A stretch of 64,000 bases of DNA from Candidatus Latescibacterota bacterium (GCA_965205975.1 OZ242195.1:2784001-2848000), one strand, 5' to 3'; numbered from the stretch's first letter, positions 47,148-59,217 are shown. Made by a program: numbers and translations. The notes: generated by a model not told the origin, from the sequence alone.

Positions 47148-48044
47148 TTGTCGTCCTCTTCTTGCATCTTATGGTGTTTGTTTACGAGATAGGCAGCAAA
47201 GGATGCGCAGGCTCCAAACATAAACATGGCCTCGTCCAGCCCGACATCTGGCGAGTTCTTGTCGAGTAGTGCGTGCCGAATCCCCTGTTCGTCGTTTGTG
47301 TATTTAAATAGCTTGGAGAACGCTTCTTTGAGTGCCTGGTGCCTTATCAAACCGGCTTTTTCGAGGGAATTTAGCGCAGGATTAAGGGTTTGTGATGATT
47401 CTGGATCAATTTGGCGAGCAACAGATTCAACCGCGTGGATGCTATCTTTAATTGACTCGGCAAATCGCTGTGCGTTAATATGCGCTGCGGCCTGGCGCAA
47501 GTGTGTCTCTGCGCCTTTCATACCGCCATCGCGGATCGTTTTGATAGCTTCTCGCGTTGCCTCGCCTTGCGCCTTCATTACTGCGCGGAAAAAATTTATA
47601 CGGATGGCGTGACATATCCAGATAGTAAGCAGCGCACATCTTTCAAATGATTCACTGATAGGTTAACTAATTTTTCTCCATACGTGCTGTCATTTACCAT
47701 GAATTGAACAAAGTCGAGAACCTTATTAGAAATTGCCTTTCAGAATCACTTGCTTGAACTGGTTAATTACTTTTCATAAGAAGTATTGATTTCATCTTCG
47801 GGTTTTTTTAACAACTTTCCCAAGACACGTTCGAAAAATCGACTTGCCTTCTTGGTAAAATACACTCGTCTGATAGGCATTTGGTTGAAGCTTGAGATTC
47901 AAGAAACTCTCGTGTCGCATTCCATATTTCTCGCCTTAGATCATCCGAAAGCTCTTCCAATTGCATTGGCTCCGGTAAAGATTCATAACCGTGACGCTGC
48001 GAGAATGTGAGATGATCGTCGGACTGGTATCGGTTATCGCCCAT
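47144..48044 (-). pseudogene. AbiJ-NTD4-like protein with HEPN-like C-terminus, several frameshifts
   Basis: TFSQRHGYESLPEPMQLEELSDDLRREIWN N-terminus; ESIKDSIHAVES...YTNDEQGIRHAL C-terminus; middle needs several frame changes. Confidence 0.7.
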
Positions 48045-51000
48045 CGTTGGTCTCTCCAAACATCAATTCACGAAAAATCGGCTCAATGGTCTTCGCGGTC
48101 CAATTCTCACCGGGCTGTTGCATGGCGTTCAGGGTATGATCGCCGTTGACGTAGATGATGTCCAGTGGTTCGGCGAACAAATCGCGGTTGCGATCAAACC
48201 AGGCGTCCAGCGCGGTGAGGTCTATCTCGTCGGTATTGCGCCAGAGGATCAGACAGTTGTGTCCCTCGGGCTCCGTACCCGTGATCGCGAGCACACCGTC
48301 AACTCGCTGTCGGGATTCTACACGCAGACCTATCAAATAGTTGAAAGTCTCGGGCAGATCAACCTGAACTTCTCGACGCACACCATCGCGCACGACGGAG
48401 AGCGTGTAGGAGAAGGGATCAGCGAACGCTTTGCCCAGCAGACACGCGCTACCAGCCGTCTCCTCACCGAGCGCGTAACGCAGCCGATAATCCTCCGCCA
48501 GCGCGGGGTTCTCGGCCAACAAATCCTGCTGTGCGCCCGAAGGTGGCGTCACTTCAAGACTGTCCATTGTATCTTCGTAGGATTCCAGTCGGATGTACTT
48601 GAACAACTGCGTAACGCCTTTACGCAAAACCGGTTTGCCATCCTTCCAATCTGGCGAATAGATGACCTTCTTCATACGCGGTAATAGAACAGTGTCGAAG
48701 TAATCGCCGATCTCCACAAGAACATATTTACGCTGTCCATCATCCTCGCGGTTGAGGTTGATGACCGCATGACCAGTGGTACCAGAACCAGCGAAGAAAT
48801 CAAGAACTTGTGCACCTATCCGTGAAGCACCTGCCGTATATATCGAATCCATCACTGCGTGAATAGATTTTGGATACGAGAAAACAGTCTTTCCAAACAT
48901 CGCGTTGAGAATCACTGTACCGTGTTCAACCGATGAGTATTTTGCATCAAACCAGCAAGACATAGACATCACACCTTTATTATGAGGACGTCTTTTGTAG
49001 TAAACATAATCTCGACCAGAGCGATCCTTGCGTACAGCAATTTCTTGCAAAGCACTCATCACTTTCTTTGCTTCCCAACGCCAAGTCTTCTGAATTCCTT
49101 TTTCGTTGTCTGGAAAAACTACCAGTTCTCCGGCGCCTGATTTTTCCTCTATAATCCATTCTTCGGTCACTGTATTCCAAGTCATTTGGGGAATACGTAT
49201 AGTCTTATCTTTCAGGTATATAGGATAATAAAGTCCAGGTCGTGCTGTTCGATCTGAATTTGATCCTTCTCGCCGTAAGTTTCTCCACTCGAACACCCCT
49301 TTTTCGTCTCGTTTTGAGAAGCGCGCTGCCTGTTTCTTTGTCGGTGGCATTCGTTCAATTGTCCCCAATCGGTGTCTTGCCCCACGCCTGCATACAAAAG
49401 GTATTCGTGTGCTACAGAGTATCCGCCTTGTGTTGGTCGTCCTGAAGGATTTGTACGGACCAGTATTGTCCCAAGTAGTTTCTTGTTGAAGACAGTAGAA
49501 AGCAAAAAACTCAGCTCTTTTTGTTGTTCATCATCAATTGCGGCAACTAGAATGCCACTGTCCGTAAACAGCATTCGAGCAGCGCGAAGGCTACCCTCCA
49601 TGAGGGATACCCAGGTTGAGGACTTATATCCATTCTTGTAGAGGATGGGAGACGCATCAGTATTGAAAGGAGGATCGACATAGACACAATCCACCTGTCC
49701 CTGATATCGCGCTTGCAGCAGATTCAACGTCTGAAAATTCTCGCCATGCACCAGCAGTCCGTCCAACTGTTCGTCCAGCGATTCAGGTTCGGAGAGTGCT
49801 GCCAGTAGTTTGTCCGTGAAATCGCAGTCAAAGTGCCTCGTGTCCAGAACCAGGTAGGGATTGGATTTGAGGAAATCAACGCTCGGCGGATTGTTCCAGG
49901 TCGCACCTCCGTTTATCAGATCGCCCGGGATCTCGTCAACGGCGAACAACTCAACCCATTCCTCGCACTGCGCCGCGTTGTCGGCGATCTCGGGATATAG
50001 CGTTTCAGGAACGCGATCCAGAGTAACGCACCAGTTGGTTTCGAGGACAAATTTTTTCTTTAGCCAGAGTTGCTTCTGAAAGTCCTCCAGTTGCGCCAGA
50101 AAGTCGATGATCTTCCCACCGATGTGACGGGTCGCACGCACGCGCGCCAGTGCCCGGTCCAGCCGGAGGGCGTCGCCCTGCTCCAGATCGTCCAGGTTCA
50201 GTACTTCCGTGTTCAGGTACAGGTCCAACTCGCGACGCAGAAAGCCGCCCAGGTCCTTGTGGATGAAGTAGTCAAAACTGTTCTTCGCTGTATATCGCTC
50301 GACATGCTTCTCCAGCAACGTCCGCTTTTCATTCGCGTCTGTTGGTTCCAGCACAGCGAGTAGATCCCGCCAGTCAGAGGCCACCGAGTTGAGTATCTGA
50401 TCGACCACTGTCTCGTTGATCCTACCCTGTTGTCTAACACCGTTGCCCGTCCACGTCTTCTTTTCGCTATCGGTCAACGGACGGTGCTCAAAGTGCATAA
50501 TGAGCACGCCATCCTCAACCGCAATGGCATCATCCGCGAGAACGAAACGACGTTGCTTGCTGTCGGCCTCCTTGATGTTGTCCCTCTCGTTATCGGCTGC
50601 CGCGATCTCAAAGCGCACGCGCCTCTCTGTTTCGCCTGTGCCAACCGTGAAGACATAAGAAGAGTAGTTCTCTGTTGTCTTGACGTAGTATTGATCCGCG
50701 TTGGCCCAGTGCAACTTGACTTCCTCACCATCGTAAGGGATCAGATAGGCCGAGCGGCCGCCGCTTGAGTAGCGACGTTGCGAGATAAAATCGCCCTCGG
50801 CATAATAGCGTGCGAAAAAATTGGCGAGATGGTTGTACACATCGGCCTCAGAGTCCGCGTCTTTTTGCATCTCAGCAAGCCTTTGGTTCAGTTCAAGGAT
50901 CTTGGGCGAGGGCTGGGTATCGGGATCATACCCACCCTTTCTGGCTTGCTCACGGGCGTCCTGTAGTTCCTGTTCCAGTCTGACGCGTTCCTGGTTGTCC

Positions 51001-51227
51001 GTGAGATTGAGTTGCTCCTGCACCTGCGGCAGCAAGTCATTGTCGAGAAATGTCTCAATCTCAGCGGTCTTCAGGTTCATGATGCGGTATAGGCCAAAGT
51101 CCAGATCGCCGCGGTCGAGTTGAAACATCTCGCGCAGCAGTGTCTTCAGCCGGTCGAACTTTCCTTCAGATCCCCGGGCTGGCTGCACGTCGTTTGATGT
51201 CGAATGCGATGATGTTGAATTATTCAT
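48034..51227 (-). pseudogene. mod: Type III methyltransferase Mod subunit split by one frameshift near 49365-49385
   Basis: DLDFGLYRIMN, YVDPPFNT in ORF1; FSYPKS, DFFAGSGTTGHA, LESYEDT in ORF2. Confidence 0.85.
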
Positions 51228-51436
51228 GATGGGAATTTTTGTTTGGAGTGAAAAAAGTTAGAAATGGTGCAGATACCAGATATCGAATTTCGGGGGGAGT
51301 ACATTGAAATCCAATGGTTCTGAATCGAAATGAGGGAGTGATCAATTATACTCAGCGAATAGCGAGCCGTCAAGCAAGCATTGAGAATGTCATCAGAAAC
51401 TATGATGAGATATACAAACACAATTAAGATTATGGG

Positions 51437-52645
51437 CTAAATTGGACTACCGCGCCAGACTAATGGTTTACCGGTCTCAACGTCAACTATGCCATCCAAA
51501 CGAGGGGGATTGTTTGGGTCAGCGTGAGCTTGGTCAATTTGGGCTTGAGTGAGGTTACGCACACCTGCTTTAGAAGAACCATCTTTAATTCGTAACTTAG
51601 TAATCATGCCTTTCCACATCGTTACAGATAGATTGGCTCCTGAAAGATTTGCTCCCGAAAGTTTTACTCCTGACAAATCTGTTTCAAAGAAAATCACGCC
51701 AGATAGATCAGCACCAGATAAGTCCGCATTTGATAAATCCGTTCCTTGGAGACTTGCGTTACGCAAGTCAGCACCGTCAAGCAATGCGTCTTTCAGTATT
51801 GCATCTATCCATTCTGTTCCGGATAGGTTTGCACCTGAAAGATGTGCGCCAGATAAATTTGTTTCTTCAAACTCTGAACGAGACAGGTTCGTAAAATCGA
51901 GATGTGCATTTGATAGATCGACATCCCAAAAAACTACGTGCGATAAGTTTTCATTGAACGACGGCTTCTTTTTAATATCGCTTAATTCTATCGTGTACCT
52001 TGTCAATCCTCGAATTCGTGCGGAATGAAGATTGATCTCATCAAGAAGGAAATGAAATTTAGCTTTTTTTTCTAATTCAATGTCTTTTTCACTCCGGGTT
52101 GCGATTGCCCGTAGAATACTCTCAACATCCTCGCGTAGATATGTATCACTATTGATCTTCTGCCTATTAGCAGATACTATGTTGGTGTGTTCGTCAATTT
52201 CCATACTATTATCCTTGGTCGGATGACGCATGAAGGCGCAGAATAGGCGCAGGATCTGGACGTGATATTGCTCTGGATAATCCTCGGCGAGATGTTGCAA
52301 TGCATAGATGCCTCCCAATCGAACAGAGAGAACACTATTGCCAAGCATCTCGGCTCCCTTTTGGTACCGTTCGTTTAACAAATTCTGCTGTGCTGTATCA
52401 GCTTGCCGCTCCCCTATCCAACTGCGCCATATCGCTAAAGGCAGAGCGATTACGCCTGCGATGAGCAAACCGATATTGCGTATCTTAGTGATATCGGTTT
52501 CGGTCAAGCGATCCCAGAAGTCGATAAACACGACAACGCATGCGACCATCACAAAAATTGTCCAAATAGTGACCCAGAAACCAACTGATTTAATCGGGAT
52601 ACGATTCGGATGCAGGTGGCGTAGCCATTTTTTGAGGTGATTCAT
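51437..52645 (-). CDS. Membrane-anchored pentapeptide-repeat protein
   Basis: Two N-terminal TM helices, VRLGGIYAL, many ANLSG/ADLSG repeats. Confidence 0.88.
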   Translation of the reverse strand: MNHLKKWLRHLHPNRIPIKSVGFWVTIWTIFVMVACVVVFIDFWDRLTETDITKIRNIGLLIAGVIALPLAIWRSWIGERQADTAQQNLLNERYQKGAEMLGNSVLSVRLGGIYALQHLAEDYPEQYHVQILRLFCAFMRHPTKDNSMEIDEHTNIVSANRQKINSDTYLREDVESILRAIATRSEKDIELEKKAKFHFLLDEINLHSARIRGLTRYTIELSDIKKKPSFNENLSHVVFWDVDLSNAHLDFTNLSRSEFEETNLSGAHLSGANLSGTEWIDAILKDALLDGADLRNASLQGTDLSNADLSGADLSGVIFFETDLSGVKLSGANLSGANLSVTMWKGMITKLRIKDGSSKAGVRNLTQAQIDQAHADPNNPPRLDGIVDVETGKPLVWRGSPI

Positions 52646-52830
52646 TAGTCGATTTTCCTCGCATTAGAGGATAGTTCAAATTCCCATACGTCCCTGTGTA
52701 GGGGACGCCGCACGGTAAATCAATTTTTTTCTTGATAAAATCAGGCTCGGTGTTATTGTGGGCACGCAACCTATTGAGATAATATTTAAACCTTCTTGCA
52801 GTCATCAACAGATGAACAAGACGCAACGGA

Positions 52831-54408
52831 TCACATGCCCCATACGTCTATCTCAACACCACCTTCAGACGCACAGCGACGGTGGAACACCTTATCCTCC
52901 CAACGTCTGTCTGTGCGACGGTCAAAAATCACCAGATGACCTGCCTCTGCATCGCACCGATCCATGTACTCCGCGGTCTGTTCCAGACCCTCGGCAATGG
53001 TCTGCTCCAGACTCTTGTGGAGCAATTTACACTCAATCACGATTTTGCGCGTCTCATCGCCCTGCGGCCATAAGATGAGCAGATCAGTGCGTCCACGTCC
53101 CAAACCATACTCCCGTTCAATGCGTCCACCGCTGTTCACAACGCGCTGGAGAAATGCTTGTAACAACAACTGTGGCCCCGCCTCCTGATATTGAAACCGC
53201 GTCACCCAATGCTCTGAATGTTCGCGGAAAAAGGTCTGAAACTCGGTCAGCAGTGCAACCACGTCCAGGCTGCCATCAGCAGTGACATACCAGGCTGTTT
53301 CCTGCTCAAACTCCTCCTGGACCACCCACGTCAGTTCGCGGGGAACGACCTCGGCGTAGATCGGATTGGCGATACGCACGGGACGATCCTGAGCCACCAG
53401 ACCGAGATCGCGCACATACTCTATGTCGCGGTCAATAAAACGGCGTTCCTCACCCCCACTCAGTAGCGGCTCAACGACACGCCGCACGCGGTCTTCCTTG
53501 AGCTTGTCGGCTAACTGATCGAGGTGTATCTCCCGGCGCAGGATGAGTTGCTCCCCTGCATCGTATATCGCCTCGGCTGTGATGGGCTGGCTGCGATCCT
53601 GCCCGGTCTTGTTCTTAAAGCAAGCTTCATACGCCAGTGCGTTCACCAGCCAGGGTTGTCCCTGCGTCTGTCTCCAGATCGTCTCCAGTGACTCGGCTGT
53701 GAATGCCTGCCCCGTTTCTGCCGTATGCTGTGAGATGAGAGCGAACACTTCATCCTGTGAGAAGTCCCCCAGGCGCAGGGACTCGGCGCGAATATTGAAC
53801 GCACTGCCACCGGCAATGATCGCATTCTCAGCAGTGGATTGGATGCGGTAGTCGCGCACATCGCGCACGCCACACAAGATGACGCTTTGTGGAAAACCCT
53901 CTGGACGCAGGTCGTAGCCATCCCGCAACTGCCGCAGTACGGACAGCAGAGAATCGCCGATCAGAGCATCGATCTCGTCAATAAGCAGCACCAGAGGCTT
54001 TGGATCGGCTTTGGACCAGCGCGTCAACGCCTCGCCCAGGGCAGCGTGAGGCCCGTATTTTGTCAAGATGTCGGGCCAAATCTCGTCCAGAAATTCGTCG
54101 TCCAGCGTCAAGCGTGCTCGGGAGGCCAACCTACCCAGAAAAGTGCGCGTCACCTGTTCCACATCTTCGCGTGCGGCTTGCCCGGCCTCGACATTGACAT
54201 ACACACAACGGTAGGTGCCCTCAGCATTGAGCAAGTCGCGCAAAGCCAACAAGGCAGAAGTCTTGCCCGTCTGCCGAGGTGCATGCAGGACAAAATATTT
54301 TGCATCCCGGACCAGGGCATGCACCTCGTCCATGTTCAGACGTTCCAGCGGCGGGATGCAATAGTGCCTTTCGGGCTTGATTGGGCCAGCAGTGTTGAAA
54401 AAGCGCAT
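52831..54408 (-). CDS. AAA-like ATPase with C-terminal PD-(D/E)XK-like domain
   Basis: RFFNTAGP, APRQTGKTS, IDEID, GQPWLVN, GRTD...IECK. Confidence 0.88.
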   Translation of the reverse strand: MRFFNTAGPIKPERHYCIPPLERLNMDEVHALVRDAKYFVLHAPRQTGKTSALLALRDLLNAEGTYRCVYVNVEAGQAAREDVEQVTRTFLGRLASRARLTLDDEFLDEIWPDILTKYGPHAALGEALTRWSKADPKPLVLLIDEIDALIGDSLLSVLRQLRDGYDLRPEGFPQSVILCGVRDVRDYRIQSTAENAIIAGGSAFNIRAESLRLGDFSQDEVFALISQHTAETGQAFTAESLETIWRQTQGQPWLVNALAYEACFKNKTGQDRSQPITAEAIYDAGEQLILRREIHLDQLADKLKEDRVRRVVEPLLSGGEERRFIDRDIEYVRDLGLVAQDRPVRIANPIYAEVVPRELTWVVQEEFEQETAWYVTADGSLDVVALLTEFQTFFREHSEHWVTRFQYQEAGPQLLLQAFLQRVVNSGGRIEREYGLGRGRTDLLILWPQGDETRKIVIECKLLHKSLEQTIAEGLEQTAEYMDRCDAEAGHLVIFDRRTDRRWEDKVFHRRCASEGGVEIDVWGM

Positions 54409-54739
54409 GATGCAAGTCTCCTTTTTTATCGTCAGCAGATTGTGCCGTGCGTGGGGCGGGTTGCGATCCTGCTTGCGCCAATCTGTGTCTGCAACTTGTT
54501 ATCGTGACCATTTCCTTGTAACAGCCTGGCCATTAAGATATCTAAACTTAAAGATAAAAGGGATAACAAAAGATAGCGTCCTTAAATTTCTGTAAAAAGC
54601 AAAAAAGTCACCCTTGACCCGCTATCAAGACTTGAGTTTGTCGTCACGAGTAATGTCCTCTCTCGCCACAGCCAATTTTTTGCAACCTTAATCAACTCAT
54701 CTGCATCGTATTATGATGATGACAAAGGAGGTGAAAATC

Positions 54740-55024
54740 ATGTCTATTGCTACTTTCTGTATGATAGCTACTGATTGGGATATATCCGGTATATCGGCAC
54801 TCTACAGAGAGAGTTCACCGAAACCAGAAGACTTGATAGAGGATATGCCAGATGTTAGTAAAGGATTAACCGAAGTAGCCGATGTAGTGGAATTAGCAGA
54901 AGCAGGAGGGAAAGCAGTAGAAGGAAAACTTGAGCCACTGCTAGAGTGGGTAGGAGATTGGATTTTGGGAAAAGGAGTGGAAGAATTGCTCACAGTTTTA
55001 TTATCCCATATCCCAAATTTCTAA
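54740..55024 (+). CDS. Small acidic hypothetical protein (94 aa)
   Basis: AAGGAGGTGA RBS; followed by a strong hairpin. Confidence 0.6.
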   Translation: MSIATFCMIATDWDISGISALYRESSPKPEDLIEDMPDVSKGLTEVADVVELAEAGGKAVEGKLEPLLEWVGDWILGKGVEELLTVLLSHIPNF

Positions 55025-55048
55025 TCAAGAAAGAAGTTGCTGTTTCTT

Positions 55049-55089
55049 GGCCTGGTGAGTGTTGTCGCACTCGCCGGGCCTTTTTCTTT
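55049..55089 (+). terminator. Intrinsic terminator
   Basis: GGCCTGGTGAGTG-loop-CACTCGCCGGGCC-TTTTTCTTT. Confidence 0.8.
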
Positions 55090-55196
55090 GTTTATCTGTA
55101 AATATCAGGATAAATCTATTTACCAAGCCGGATCATCCACGTTTTGCCATTTACCAACTCTATCTTATTTTTATTTGAAAAAAAAGGAGACGGTAA

Positions 55197-58100
55197 ATGA
55201 TCGACCAATACGCAAAATATCTGATTCTCGTGATACTCGTGGGCTGGATAACTGGCGCGCGTGACTGCGCCGCGGCGACGCCTTTTACGCCGCGGCATGC
55301 GGATCCCGTGCAGGAGTTCTGGCGCTGGCGAGCCTTTCCAGAATTGAAGGGTCAGGGGCTGTCGTGTCTGGCGCAGGATCGGGATGGCAATTTCTTATTT
55401 GGGACGGACAATGGGATCTACCGCTACGACGGGACGAGCTGGCGCGTCATTCCGCTTGATGAGGAAATAGTTGGACCACGGATCAACACACTCTATGTCG
55501 CCCAGGACGGAAGTATTTATGTGGGCTCCGACTTGGGCATTGCTCGATTCGAGAACGGGACCTGGGAACGGATCTTTCCAGCCCAGGAGGATTATAGATG
55601 GTTCACATATAACTTGACGGAAGCAGAAGACGGGAGTTTGTGGGCGGGTACGGAATGGGGCGCGCTCAGATTGACGCCGGGTGGTGCAACGCTGTATGTA
55701 GCTGCGGAAGACACAACAGGTATTCGGCAGGTCGTGTCTGATGCTGTGACCTTTGTCGCGGTTCCCGATCGCGTCTTGCCGAGAAGAGCCTGGGGCGTTG
55801 GCATCGGGGCCGCGGTTGTGCTGTCTATATCGGAACCCGGCATCATTGTCAAAATAGCCGATGGCGGCCCAGCGGAACGCGCGGGTTTGAAAGTGGGGGA
55901 TCGCGTGTTGTCTGTGGAGGATGATGTAGAGGCCGAGGGAAGGCGTGTGACGGTCGTACAGGTACAACGGGTTGATGGGCAGATTGACACCATAAAGCTC
56001 GAGAAAGAACGGATAGCGGCGTCTGATCAGCGTTTTAGGGTGTATGATGTGTATGACGCATTGAACGGAACGATCTGGCTTGGGGAATACTACGGCGATC
56101 TCATCCGATTTGATTCCGCATCAGGCTATCAGCGTTTCGATAGGGGAGATGGGATCGACCAGGGCATGTATCCGAAGATCTGTGTGACAAAAGATGGCAC
56201 GGTTTGGGCTGTGTATGGCGACAATAGCAAAAGCATCAACCGATTCGACGGCGAAAAGTGGGAAGCTCTCGAAGTTGGAGATCTCGGCCGCGGTCATCAT
56301 TACACATCGATCATAGAAAGCCGCGATGGGACGCTCTGGATTGGCGGTAGCCATCTGATTGCTCATAAAGACGGCGTATGGCGCGTCTATGACCCGAAAG
56401 ATACTGCGCCTTTACCCGGGCACCGCACAAAACTCCTCGAAGCCGCGGACGGCGCCCTCTGGATTATTGGCCGCGGAGAGGAAGCTGTGCGTCTGGATCT
56501 GAGTGAGACGCACTATCAGACTTATGAGGGCCTCATTTTTCAATGTGATACGCCGGATGGGGCACAGTGGTTTATCTCACAGGATAACGGCGTTGTGCGT
56601 TATGATGGGGAAGGGTGGACGCGGTTTGGGGGAGAGGATGGGTTGATGGACGAGCCCAGCAAGCTCATTGTGACCCGAGAGGGCGCATTGTGGGCCGCAG
56701 GCAGCCACGAGCACGTCGCCGCTACAGCGCGTTTAAATGGCTCTGAATGGATTCTTAAACGCCATTCCCAACTTTCCTGGAGCATTGATCCACGTGCGGT
56801 TTATGAGGCTTTTGATGGCTCTCTGTGGTTTGCCGCGGCTGTGGATTGGTGGTTGTATCGCGATCGCGACTTTCTCGGTGGGGTCGTGGTCTTCGACGGA
56901 ACGAACTGGACACATCACACGCCTCCGGCTATGACGCCTTATGCTTATGGGATTGGGCAAAGTGCGGATGGGACTTTGTGGTTTGGTGGGCGACTGGTCA
57001 GCTTTGACGGAACGCGGAGGGCACGATTCACTGGGCGGCCAGAGGAGTTGGCAAATGACTTTATCGATGCTGTCTATACCACGTCCCAGGGCGACCTCTG
57101 GTTGGGATCCCGAACTTATGGGGTATTTCGCCATAACGGGACGGACTGGCAGCGGTTCGATTACCAGGACGGACTGGCCGACAACCGGGTGCGAAGCATT
57201 TTCCAGGATCGAGACGGCGCGATCTGGGTGGGAACGGCAGAGGGGGTCAGCCGGTTTGATGGACGCACCTGGTTCCCGAACGCCTTGCCGCCCGGGCTCC
57301 CGCTCACGGAGTTTTATGATCCGATTCTTCAGTCTCGAGATGGGACACTCTATCTCAATTCCGCATCTGATGCCGATGCCTGGCGCAACAGGTCAGGACC
57401 CCAGCATGCAACAGGTCCTTATACCCTGCGCACGATCCGATATGTGCCAGAGACGGATCCTCCTGAGACCATAATGACCATTGACCCGGGTGAAGCCTTT
57501 CAGGGCGGAGAGATAACTTTCGCCTGGACAGGTGCAGACCCCTGGCAAAGCACATTGCGCGAAGATTTGCAATACGCCTATCGTCTGGACGGCGGGGAGT
57601 GGTCGCCTTATGGCGCAGATATGATCCGATCTTTTGAGGATCTGGACGTGGGAACGCATACTATTGAGATTAAGGCACGCGATCTGGCGTTCAACGAAGA
57701 TCCTACGCCGGCTATGAAATCGTTCAGCGTTGTTCCGGTGGTGTGGCGGCGCCCGTGGTTTATTGGGTTGATCCTGGGATTTGTGACCATCACCGGCTAC
57801 CTGATCACGCGGATTATTGTCAGGGATCGGAGACTGCGTCAATCGAATGAGGAACTTCGGCAGACGATGGATGAGCGCGCGCGTTTGGATGACCAGCTCC
57901 AGAATCTGAGATATCTGTATCGCTTGCGATCGGAACTCGACGGCGAGAAATCACCGCGTGCCGTGATCCAGCGGGCGGGAGACGTCATGATGAACGTTCT
58001 GAACGGCGCGGCCAACGCAGCCGTCCGTGTCTCTTTCGATGGACAGCAGTGGGAATTTGGAGATGGGATCCAGAATGGGCGGAGAAGCTATACACGGACG

Positions 58101-59000
58101 ATCTCTATTGCGGGAAAAGAGCGAGGGAGGTTGGAACTCCACTGCGGAATTGAACTCACAGAGGGGCAGGAAAGGGCGCTCCTGGGCGAAACCGCGGGCC
58201 AGCTTGCACGAACACTGGAGGCACGGGAACTCGAGATGCAGCTCCTGCAGTCCGCGCGTCTGGTCTCGCTGGGGCAAATGGCCGCTGGTGTGGCGCACGA
58301 ACTCAACCAGCCGCTGACGGTCGTCGAGACAACCGCCGGTGATATTTGCCTGCGTTTGATAGAGGGGATACCGCTTGGGACAGACGAGTTGAGGGAGATG
58401 ATGGAGAATGTTCGGGGTGTGGTTGATCGGATGGCGGGCACCGTCGATCACCTGCGCGTGTTCTCACGCGATGTGTCTGAAGAGCCGCGCGAAGCGATGG
58501 ATGTGAATGCGGTGGTCGAGAGCAGCTTGGAGTGGATGCGTACGCAGTTCGAGAATCACGAGATTGATCTGGTGCTGGATCTTTCTGACGCGCTCCCAGA
58601 GGTCTGGGGGCATCCGCATCCGCTCGAGCAGGTGGTTCTCAATTTGCTGTCAAATGCCCGGGATACGGTGGGTGATCGAGCAGAGATGGAGGGAACGGGT
58701 TATGACAAACGGATCCAGATCCGAACGTGCGTTGAGAACGATGCGGTTGTTATCGAGGTAGAGGATAATGGAGTTGGGATGGATGAGGCGACCCGGCAAC
58801 GTCTTTTTGAGCCGTTTTTCACGACAAAAGATGCCGACCGCGGCACGGGTTTGGGGTTGTCGATCATTTACGCCATTATTCGCAATCACGATGGGGAGAT
58901 CACTGTCGAGAGCGAGCAGGACGTGGGCACGACGTTCAGGGTGATGTTGCCGGTGGTGGGCGAAAGCTATCCGCAGATGGACGCAGGCATGTCCCTGTGA
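55197..59000 (+). CDS. Sensor histidine kinase with beta-propeller repeats, PDZ insertion, Y_Y_Y-like domain, HisKA and HATPase
   Basis: DGxLWxGT repeats; GGPAERAGLKVGDRVL; YAYRLDG; AHELNQPL, NLLSNARD, DNGVG, GTGLGL. Confidence 0.92.
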   Translation: MIDQYAKYLILVILVGWITGARDCAAATPFTPRHADPVQEFWRWRAFPELKGQGLSCLAQDRDGNFLFGTDNGIYRYDGTSWRVIPLDEEIVGPRINTLYVAQDGSIYVGSDLGIARFENGTWERIFPAQEDYRWFTYNLTEAEDGSLWAGTEWGALRLTPGGATLYVAAEDTTGIRQVVSDAVTFVAVPDRVLPRRAWGVGIGAAVVLSISEPGIIVKIADGGPAERAGLKVGDRVLSVEDDVEAEGRRVTVVQVQRVDGQIDTIKLEKERIAASDQRFRVYDVYDALNGTIWLGEYYGDLIRFDSASGYQRFDRGDGIDQGMYPKICVTKDGTVWAVYGDNSKSINRFDGEKWEALEVGDLGRGHHYTSIIESRDGTLWIGGSHLIAHKDGVWRVYDPKDTAPLPGHRTKLLEAADGALWIIGRGEEAVRLDLSETHYQTYEGLIFQCDTPDGAQWFISQDNGVVRYDGEGWTRFGGEDGLMDEPSKLIVTREGALWAAGSHEHVAATARLNGSEWILKRHSQLSWSIDPRAVYEAFDGSLWFAAAVDWWLYRDRDFLGGVVVFDGTNWTHHTPPAMTPYAYGIGQSADGTLWFGGRLVSFDGTRRARFTGRPEELANDFIDAVYTTSQGDLWLGSRTYGVFRHNGTDWQRFDYQDGLADNRVRSIFQDRDGAIWVGTAEGVSRFDGRTWFPNALPPGLPLTEFYDPILQSRDGTLYLNSASDADAWRNRSGPQHATGPYTLRTIRYVPETDPPETIMTIDPGEAFQGGEITFAWTGADPWQSTLREDLQYAYRLDGGEWSPYGADMIRSFEDLDVGTHTIEIKARDLAFNEDPTPAMKSFSVVPVVWRRPWFIGLILGFVTITGYLITRIIVRDRRLRQSNEELRQTMDERARLDDQLQNLRYLYRLRSELDGEKSPRAVIQRAGDVMMNVLNGAANAAVRVSFDGQQWEFGDGIQNGRRSYTRTISIAGKERGRLELHCGIELTEGQERALLGETAGQLARTLEARELEMQLLQSARLVSLGQMAAGVAHELNQPLTVVETTAGDICLRLIEGIPLGTDELREMMENVRGVVDRMAGTVDHLRVFSRDVSEEPREAMDVNAVVESSLEWMRTQFENHEIDLVLDLSDALPEVWGHPHPLEQVVLNLLSNARDTVGDRAEMEGTGYDKRIQIRTCVENDAVVIEVEDNGVGMDEATRQRLFEPFFTTKDADRGTGLGLSIIYAIIRNHDGEITVESEQDVGTTFRVMLPVVGESYPQMDAGMSL

Positions 59001-59217
59001 AAACAGGGATGGACGCGGATGAAAAGGCGAAAACAGTCTGAATCAGGATTTACAAGATTATAGGATGGTCAGGATGAAAGGGAAACTGCATCAATCACAG
59101 GTTTGAAACACAAGCCCTAATCTCTACACCGAAACGGGCAACTCCAATACAACATTATTAACCAACTGTTGCGTAACATCAGGTAAAAATTAAGAATTGG
59201 CTTGTTGGGAGGCACTG

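Noticed and set aside
48034..51227. Classic repeat-tract phase-variable mod gene
   Set aside because: Only G4 runs lie near the break; there is no long simple-sequence repeat.
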